14,237 bases of DNA from Candidatus Aenigmatarchaeota archaeon (GTDB lineage Archaea; Aenigmatarchaeota; Aenigmatarchaeia; QMZP01). The notes under the pieces were generated by a model. It was not told the DNA's origin and made no database searches. It saw only the letters and a program-made list of their open reading frames with translations. Shown in pieces: positions 8,193 to 14,043 of the stretch. How positions within the stretch are numbered: position 1 is the first letter of the stretch; each line of letters starts with the position of its first letter. The stretch spans positions 1-14,237 of the forward strand of contig JAWCLA010000016.1 in assembly GCA_039091855.1 (NCBI GenBank), written 5' to 3'. The position numbers and the translations under genes were made by a program.

Positions 8193-9613
8193 TTTTTGAT
8201 GATATCATCAAGAGATTCTGGCTCACTTTTGGTGTTTCTTTTTCTAAATAACAAGAAAATAATTAATACAGCCACGCATATCAAAGGAATGACAAAAACC
8301 AAATTGTTCTGGCCTTCTTGGCTTTCAATTTCAATGTCTTCACCAGAATCAATATAGCTTTCATTTTTTGTCAATGTCTGTCTCTTTGCATCATCAATTG
8401 CATCCTGCAGGCTTGAATATCCTGTTATGTTTGAGCCATATTCACTTTTCATGTATGAGCTGTACCAGTTTCTGACAGCTTTTTCAACATCTTTCTTTAC
8501 AGAGGAGTTTGCTACTGACAAAGCATCCTCTGCATTCCTGTAAACATCTGAAACCATTTCATTAACAGAAAGGTATGCGGAAGCAGTCTTTTTCATCCCT
8601 CTTGCGCTTGCTGTTGCCTTTATCTCATAGAAACCTGTCTGGTTTCTAGGATTAACCGTAAAATCAACTATTTTCTGGGATAGTGGAGAAACCGTTACAG
8701 TTTCCAGCAACAAGGAGCTGTCAAGATCAAACGGAACCTCAACATTCACCAAAAACTGCAAACCCTCCTTGTAATTGTTCTGTATTGCGAACCGGTATGT
8801 TAAAGGCTCAACTTTCTTTATTGCGAGGTTGTCGGGGAAAAGGGAAACCGAAAAACCCTCTGAAGGCTCTGACTCTGAAACAATTATTTTCATCGCTGTT
8901 TGCTTTGTGCAGGATGGAAGCGTGCAGTTTCTGGCCCTTGCCTCGGCACTTACATAATAGGTTCCGGAAGAGTTTGCCGTTCCATTGAGATATATAGTTA
9001 TGTATTGAGATGCTGGTGAGGTCTGAATCACAAAGTCCTTTTTCTCAAAAGGAAAATCAGAAGTAACTTTCACATCAATTGTCAGAGTTGCCTGAGACTG
9101 CAAGAGAAGCTCTATTGAAACAGGTTCGAATGGCTTTGAATTTTTTGTATAAGACAAAAAGCCAATGCTGAACAGGTCAACATTCTCATTAAGAACCTTT
9201 TTAGGGTCACTTCCAGTCTTTGAGATGTCAACATCCATATACCTGGAAAGGCAAACCCCACCCCTCCAAACCTTTGAAGTCATGAGCTTTGGTGCAGAAA
9301 CGCTTATCGTGTAGTTTGAGCAGTCTCCCTCCTTTTTTCCAGAAGAATAAAATATTATCGGTATTATAACGGTGTTGTTTTCTTCGGTAAATACATCTTG
9401 TTCCGTAAGATCAACAGACCAGTTTGTGGAAGTCTTTATCTTGTAATCTGCCTTTCCGCTTCCTGCTCCAACATCATCAGGAAGAATGAAGTATATCTCT
9501 GAAGTTGAGTTTGGGGCAACGGTGAAGAAAAGACCATCAGTAAGTCTAAGGGCAGAAGAACAAACTGGGATAAAAATGATTGCAAGAGAGAATCCAACAA
9601 CAAACCATTTCAT
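8186..9613 (-). CDS. Secreted, C-terminally anchored surface protein (probable Ig-like beta-sandwich domains)
   Basis: N-terminal signal peptide, beta-strand-rich segments, TM LVFVIPLICVAVLIIFLLF followed by RKR. Function unknown. Confidence 0.8.
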   Translation of the reverse strand: MKWFVVGFSLAIIFIPVCSSALRLTDGLFFTVAPNSTSEIYFILPDDVGAGSGKADYKIKTSTNWSVDLTEQDVFTEENNTVIIPIIFYSSGKKEGDCSNYTISVSAPKLMTSKVWRGGVCLSRYMDVDISKTGSDPKKVLNENVDLFSIGFLSYTKNSKPFEPVSIELLLQSQATLTIDVKVTSDFPFEKKDFVIQTSPASQYITIYLNGTANSSGTYYVSAEARARNCTLPSCTKQTAMKIIVSESEPSEGFSVSLFPDNLAIKKVEPLTYRFAIQNNYKEGLQFLVNVEVPFDLDSSLLLETVTVSPLSQKIVDFTVNPRNQTGFYEIKATASARGMKKTASAYLSVNEMVSDVYRNAEDALSVANSSVKKDVEKAVRNWYSSYMKSEYGSNITGYSSLQDAIDDAKRQTLTKNESYIDSGEDIEIESQEGQNNLVFVIPLICVAVLIIFLLFRKRNTKSEPESLDDIIKNQ

Positions 9614-10032
9614 AAAATAATATTGGATGTGCCTTGCTATATCTTTAAATAAAGAATTCCACCGGTCTGTGACCGGTGGTGGGTATGGGCTTGGCCCATC
9701 CCAAAAGTCACCATCAGCAGTTCCCCAAAAACCACATCTTAATGATAAACAAATGTTTTATCGCCAATTAACACTGCTCGCCGAAATTCCACCAGTCTTA
9801 TTCACCTATTGCATGTGAATGGTGGACAGGCGAGCGGGCAAATTAACGTATTTAAAAAACTTTGCATAATGTTCATAAAAGCCAAAGGCCATTATTCGTG
9901 ATGCCCCTGATTTGGTGAGAAACATCCTGTCAGTCCGCAATGGTTCTCCCAATGAATTCCTTCGACCTCCCACATAAAAATAGGTCTTGAATTCGCTTCT
10001 ATAAGATTCTACATCTAAGCTAAAAATAAAAA

Positions 10033-10474
10033 GGTGTGCCCTGCATAGCCCATTTTCTGTAGGCCGATAACAGTTGCCTGTTAAATCGGCTGGCAACATT
10101 TGTCTGAGCGTAATCGCCCGAATGACAGCCTTATCAATTCTGTTACCGTCAAACGATTTTCGACTTGCACCCGCGCATCGCAGGAATATTTCACCTGTAG
10201 CTGGCAAAACAGCCTGCCTTCTTTACTCGATATTGCTATCTCATTGCTCCGGACAGTCAGTTTGTTTCTGCCCCTGCGAATGCTTCTCAGCATTTGCCTC
10301 GCGGCAATGCGCTAACACTGGTTAGAAGGTTGTTCTCTTGGAAGGCAGTTAATAACCTTCCATTTTAACGCCTTCTTTCCAGGTTTGGGTGAATGGAGCT
10401 TCCTCACCTCTGCCATTTTATTGGCAGGAAGCAAAGCTTCCTCTACGAGGCGGCGTTGCCTGCAGGGCTCACCC
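10033..10474 (-). ncRNA. rnpB: RNase P RNA
   Basis: Minus strand: P1 GGUGAGCCCUGCA/UGCAGGGCACACC; P2 GGCAAC/GUUGCC; CR-I GAGGAAGCUCCAUU pairs with CR-V ACAGAAAAUGGGCU (P4); P5 CACCC/GGGUG then CAAG; P7 GCGCAU/AUGCGC; P8 UGCC-GCGA-GGCA; P9 AAUGCU-GAGA-AGCAUU; CR-II CAGAAAC; CR-III GGUGAAA; followed by an oligo-T tract. Confidence 0.92.
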
Positions 10475-10495
10475 AATTAAAAATAAAAACGTGGG

Positions 10496-10503
10496 TTTAT
10501 AAG
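10496..10503 (-). promoter_or_regulatory. TATA box for RNase P RNA
   Basis: Minus-strand CTTATAAA lies 22-29 nt upstream of the P1 5' end. Confidence 0.55.
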
Positions 10504-10540
10504 CATTTAATAAGGTCTATACATATTTATCAATAGGTTT

Positions 10541-11098
10541 ATGAAAGCCGGAATTTTGCGCGATTTTTGGAATTTCCATGACTTTATACTATTGGCAATA
10601 AGTTTTATTGCTGCCTTGTTTATAATCACGTCAGAGCCTTTTTCGGATTTCGTCTCGAACCTTGGGGAAATTGAATACATCGGTGTTTTCGTTTCAGGAA
10701 TGCTCTTTTCGTATGGCTTCACCACCGCCCCCGCTGCATCTGTGCTTTTTGTATCCTCAAAAAGCCTGAACCCTTTCCTTGTTGCACTTATTGGGGCTAC
10801 AGGAGCAATGTTTAGCGATTACCTTATGTTCAGGTTCTTCAAGGGCGAATTTCTTTCAGAAATCAGGCATTTATCTGACAGGTTTCACTTCCACCCGCAC
10901 CTAAACAACACAATTCACAGGATTGCAAACAAGATGTCTTGTGTTATTGGCGGGCTTATTCTGGCTTCACCCTTGCCTGACGAGCTTGCAGCCTCTTTCT
11001 GCGGCTCAATAAGAATGGGTACAAGGAAATTCACAATGATAGCGTTTGTCTTCAAGTTTTTTGGTATATTATCAATAGCGCTTTTGGCTGGATTATAA
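10541..11098 (+). CDS. Multi-pass membrane protein, DedA/VTT (SNARE-associated)-like
   Basis: Several hydrophobic helices with ALIGATGAMFSDYLMFRF and LASPLPDEL...GSIRM...KF motifs. Confidence 0.7.
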   Translation: MKAGILRDFWNFHDFILLAISFIAALFIITSEPFSDFVSNLGEIEYIGVFVSGMLFSYGFTTAPAASVLFVSSKSLNPFLVALIGATGAMFSDYLMFRFFKGEFLSEIRHLSDRFHFHPHLNNTIHRIANKMSCVIGGLILASPLPDELAASFCGSIRMGTRKFTMIAFVFKFFGILSIALLAGL

Positions 11099-11313
11099 AG
11101 TGCCGCTTCAATTATTGAAAAATACGGTGAGCTATCCTTTTGACTAGGACCGGTCGGGGATTGGTGGCAGTGAGCTGAACATCTCGGAAAACCTTGATGC
11201 TTACACCCCTGCTCCATCAACCCTGTCGTCTACAGGACCCTCCTGCCCTCACCGACAGTCGCCTGCCAGCTTGAGCAATGACTGCCTATTTTTGGGGACG
11301 GCTTCACGCTTAG

Positions 11314-11429
11314 TTAGGCCTGGAACAAGGCAATGAATTATAAGCTGCAACTGAAGTGCAACTTTCTCTTTATGGAAGCTTCCCATTTCCAACATTCCTT
11401 TCTACGTATTAAAAAGCCTTTTTTCCAGA
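11314..11429 (-). other. 23S BHB intron, 116 nt (after ~U2754, H97)
   Basis: Helix AGGC/GCCU, bulges AU|U and AA|C; splicing restores GGCAUCUAAGC. Confidence 0.88.
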
Positions 11430-11473
11430 ATGCCTTCAGCGCTTATCCGTTACGGCTTAGCTACTCGGCGTGC

Positions 11474-11508
11474 TTTCATCGAAAGACAGAGTTTTAACTG
11501 TCAATCGC
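11474..11508 (-). other. 23S BHB intron, 35 nt (H96, ~2703); carries the shared motif
   Basis: Helix UCAU/AUGA, bulges AG|G and AA|G, both flanks paired. Confidence 0.8.
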
Positions 11509-11678
11509 CTATGACAACCGATACACCAGAGGCCGCGACTCCCCGTTCCTTTCGTACTAAAGGAATCTTCCCCTCAGGCAATCCGCACCTTCAGTAGATA
11601 AAGACCGTACTGGCTCGCACCGTACTTAACCCAGCTAAGGTGACTCTTTGATGGGTGAACACCCCCACCCTTGGGCGC

Positions 11679-11735
11679 TTGCAGAAGCCCTTCTTTTAGA
11701 AAAGAAAAGGCTTTGGGTTCAAAAAGAAAGGCTTA
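11679..11735 (-). other. 23S BHB intron, 57 nt (after ~A2534, H91 loop)
   Basis: Helix GCAG/CUGC, bulges CA|U and AA|G; splicing restores GUGCAGCAGCGCCCAAGG. Confidence 0.88.
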
Positions 11736-11792
11736 TGCTGCACGCCCAGGAAGAGCCCAGCCGACGGCGGAGAAGCAACGAACGCGGTCGAT

Positions 11793-11822
11793 TTGTCCTG
11801 ATTATTTTGAAATATATATCAT
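11793..11822 (-). other. 23S BHB intron, 30 nt (after ~U2477, H89 loop)
   Basis: Helix GUCC/GGAC, bulges AU|A and AA|A; splicing restores GAGAGUCCAUAUCGAC. Confidence 0.9.
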
Positions 11823-11887
11823 ATGGACTCTCGCGCGCCACGACTCCATTATCCCCGTGGTAGCTTTTCTGACAGGTCCGGCCCCCA

Positions 11888-11952
11888 TTCTTATCGAAAG
11901 ACGACATCATTCATTAACGATTCAACCCTTATTACGCGAGCCGTCAATCGAG
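11888..11952 (-). other. 23S relaxed-BHB intron, ~65 nt (H88, ~2407); carries the shared motif
   Basis: Helix AUUA/UAAG (3 of 4 bp), bulges AU|C and AA|U; boundaries uncertain by about 1 nt. Confidence 0.7.
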
Positions 11953-12003
11953 ATTAATGAGGCACGGAAGATCGCTAGACCACGCTTTCGCGTTAGGACC
12001 CCT

Positions 12004-12072
12004 TTTAACCATCCTATCTTCTTTCCGTCAACGCTTTCTTGTGAAAGCGAAAGCTTCCGGAAGAAAGGGTTG
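12004..12072 (-). other. 23S relaxed-BHB intron, 69 nt (H86 loop, ~2361)
   Basis: Helix UGAC/GUUA, bulges AA|C and AA|A; exon-side stem GGACCUU/GGGGUCC; intron-side flank weak. Confidence 0.78.
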
Positions 12073-12123
12073 TTGTCAAAGGTCCTATCAGACCTCCTTT
12101 TGCTCTTACGCTCTTCTCCAGAT

Positions 12124-12189
12124 GTTCAGGGGAAAGACAGCTACCAATAACAAAAAACTGTTAATGATGTGATAAGCCATCAATCCACA
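12124..12189 (-). other. 23S BHB intron, 66 nt (after ~2310, H84 loop); carries the shared motif
   Basis: Helix UCAG/CUGA, bulges AA|U and AC|A; splicing restores GGUCAGAAAUCUGG. Confidence 0.88.
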
Positions 12190-12227
12190 TTCTGACCTGG
12201 ATGAGGAGATCTTTGGGCACCTCTGAT

Positions 12228-12257
12228 TTCAATGGATTGCAAAACCCTTTGCAATCG
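12228..12257 (-). other. 23S relaxed (BHL-like) intron, 30 nt (H81 loop, ~2272)
   Basis: Imperfect helix CAAG/AUUG with cuts AG|C and AA|A; 9-bp stem GAUUGCAAA/UUUGCAAUC; removal restores the expected loop length. Confidence 0.7.
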
Positions 12258-12312
12258 CTCTTGTCAGAGGTGTACCGCCCCAGTCAAACTGCCCACCTGA
12301 CGCTGTTCCCCA

Positions 12313-12347
12313 CTCTCCTCGAAAGACGTATAGAAACGTCAAACGAA
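12313..12347 (-). other. 23S BHB intron, 35 nt (H79 region); carries the shared motif
   Basis: Helix CUCU/GGAG, bulges UG|U and AG|U; an alternative register shifted by 1 nt is possible. Lies in a variable region. Confidence 0.68.
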
Positions 12348-12625
12348 CAAGAGGTAAGCAATATGAAGAAGATAGGGTGGTGTTACATTGGCGCCTTAGC
12401 AGTGACTGACGCCACTGCTGCATTGCTCCCACCTACTCTATACGATCCCCTTCATATCACAACATCAAGCTGCAGTAAAGTTCAACGGGGTCTTCTCGTC
12501 CCACTGAAGGTCTCCTGAATATGCACAGGACCATTAAGTTCACTGGGTATCGGCCCGGGACAGCGGGGATCTCGTTAAGCCATTGATGCAGGTCGACAAT
12601 TAATCGACAAGGGATTACGCTACCT

Positions 12626-12678
12626 GTATCCAGAAACGGCGTTTTATCACCGCCTTTCGGCTCAAGTGACCATTTCTT
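12626..12678 (-). other. 23S BHB intron, 53 nt (after A1927)
   Basis: Helix GUCU/GGAU, bulges UA|A and AC|A, both flanks paired; splicing restores CUUAAGGUAGCG. Confidence 0.92.
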
Positions 12679-12693
12679 TAAGACGGTCAGAGT

Positions 12694-12728
12694 TTGCGGA
12701 GGAAAACAACTTTAAAGCTGTTTTACCC
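12694..12728 (-). other. 23S BHB intron, 35 nt (after ~A1912, H69 loop)
   Basis: Helix GCGG/CCGC, bulges UA|G and AA|A; splicing restores GGCGGUAACUCUG. Confidence 0.9.
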
Positions 12729-12841
12729 TACCGCCGCCGTTTACCAGGGCTTTGCTCCGTTGTACCGGAGTTTAACCGACTGGCACTGGGCAGGCCTCAG
12801 GAGCTATACGTATCGTTTCCGATCAGCAGCCCCCTAAGTTT

Positions 12842-12887
12842 ATTAACGACATTCTTTCTATTTGAGGTCTTTCTTTGAAAGAAGTCA
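12842..12887 (-). other. 23S BHB intron, 46 nt (after ~A1784, H65 loop)
   Basis: Helix UAAC/GUUA, bulges AA|U and AU|A, both flanks paired; splicing restores CUGUUUAACAAAAAC. Confidence 0.9.
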
Positions 12888-12961
12888 TTGTTAAACAGTC
12901 GTACCCCCCTTGTAACTGCGACCTACTGATCCCAGCTGAGCTGAGGCAGTAGGCACCCCTT

Positions 12962-13011
12962 TTCGGCCGAAGAAGGCACTCTTACTATTTTCGCTTCGCC
13001 TTCATTCTCGT
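12962..13011 (-). other. 23S BHB intron, 50 nt (after ~1699, H62)
   Basis: Helix CGGU/GCCG, bulges AU|A and AA|A, both flanks paired; splicing restores CUUCGGUAUAAGGGG. Confidence 0.9.
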
Positions 13012-13033
13012 ATACCGAAGATACGGGGCCAAT

Positions 13034-13937
13034 TTAGGCTGGATATAGAATCAAAATGAAATATTAAGTTTTCCCTCAACAAAACTATTAAGTTCTTTTT
13101 TATTGTTTATTCGCTTTATGCATTCTAACAGAAAATTGTTGGCTTCCTCAATTGATTTAAAATTTTTATTAATCCAATTGGATTTTTCTCTTAGCATACC
13201 ACAGAAAATCATCATTTTCACAACATCGTTTTTTGTGAAACCATTGAACAATTTGCCTCTTCGAACTTTTGACTCTTCAAGGAATCCCACAGTTTCATGG
13301 AATTTTTTTATTTCATACGAATTCTTTATGATGAATCCTGTCTCTTTTTCGATAGGGTTCAATCCAACAATTTTAAATATTTTACGCATCTGTTTTTTTA
13401 TTTTGGGATTAGTACACCCAATTTTGATGCCCATATGCAATTGTATTATATTCCTATCTTTTCGCTTGTAGACAGAAAATTCCGGACCACCATCACAAGT
13501 TGCATAGTATCTGAGGAATTCCTTTGAATTTTCTATTGAAAAGCACTCTTTAGGTATTCTTGTGGATGGGTATTGTAAATCTTCTGATTTTTCAGGATTC
13601 TTTGGATGGATATTAAATGCCCTCATTCTGAAAGATGGTGTAAATTCGGTTAATAGATTCACAAGCTTTTTTGAATTAACCTTTGCCCTGTAGGAGTTCG
13701 CATGTTTGTTAATCTTCCAGTTGAGCTTAATATCGGCGATTTCATTAAACTCCTCTATCAACCTCATTACAACATCTTTGTCTTCCGTAAATGAAACTGT
13801 ATATCTTTTTAGATCTACTGAACCATCTGATAGAAGCACAGCAATTAGTTTTAATATTTGCATCATAAGCCCCGTACTATATTCAGTTTGCTTATTTATA
13901 AATACGGGGCTTACTGGACGAATGATTCTATATCCAT
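13034..13937 (-). mobile_element. 904-nt archaeal BHB rRNA intron carrying a homing endonuclease (after ~A1677)
   Basis: Perfect 14-bp terminal inverted repeat (13040-13053 / 13923-13936); helix AGGC/GCCU; bulges AA|A and AA|A; splicing restores AGGCAAAUUGG; AT-rich ORF inside. Confidence 0.93.
13051..13866 (-). CDS. Double-motif LAGLIDADG homing endonuclease (intron-encoded)
   Basis: Motif 1 LIAVLLSDGS and motif 2 FLRYYATCDGG about 110 aa apart, both keeping the catalytic Asp; SKKLVNLL linker; Lys/Ile-rich. Confidence 0.9.
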   Translation of the reverse strand: MMQILKLIAVLLSDGSVDLKRYTVSFTEDKDVVMRLIEEFNEIADIKLNWKINKHANSYRAKVNSKKLVNLLTEFTPSFRMRAFNIHPKNPEKSEDLQYPSTRIPKECFSIENSKEFLRYYATCDGGPEFSVYKRKDRNIIQLHMGIKIGCTNPKIKKQMRKIFKIVGLNPIEKETGFIIKNSYEIKKFHETVGFLEESKVRRGKLFNGFTKNDVVKMMIFCGMLREKSNWINKNFKSIEEANNFLLECIKRINNKKELNSFVEGKLNISF

Positions 13938-14043
13938 TTGCCTAATTCCCTGGACCGATTTCTCCCAACACACCTTCCCCTTCTCAGGGAGGGGCACCAG
14001 TAACGGTTCTCGGTACGAGTGGGAGATTCCTTACCGGTTTCCT

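Noticed and set aside
9693-9710. cccatcccaaaa resembling 5S rRNA loop C (CCAUCCCGAAC)
   Set aside because: The GAAC is missing and 5S helices I, II, IV and V cannot be built.
9655-10020. SRP RNA, tRNA or group I intron as the identity of the structured region
   Set aside because: No helix-8 CAGG..GNRA..AGCA motif and no cloverleaf; aagatatagc (minus strand, near 9640) has no partner strand to form a group I P7.
9806-10325. ORFs 9806-10207(-), 10074-10325(+), 10081-10293(-), 10100-10315(+)
   Set aside because: They overlap the well-supported RNase P RNA, mostly use non-ATG starts and encode no recognisable product.
11904-12170. 8-bp complementarity between the loops of introns 11888-11952 and 12124-12189
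   Set aside because: AU-rich 8-mers are expected by chance among about 700 nt of mini-intron sequence.
11648-12878. ORF-track entries overlapping the 23S gene (e.g. 11671-12150, 12201-12518, 12666-12878)
   Set aside because: Shadow ORFs across rRNA exons and introns with no protein-like motifs.
12922-12953. Hairpin at H63 as a possible 16th intron
   Set aside because: A simple stem in a known variable helix with no BHB geometry.
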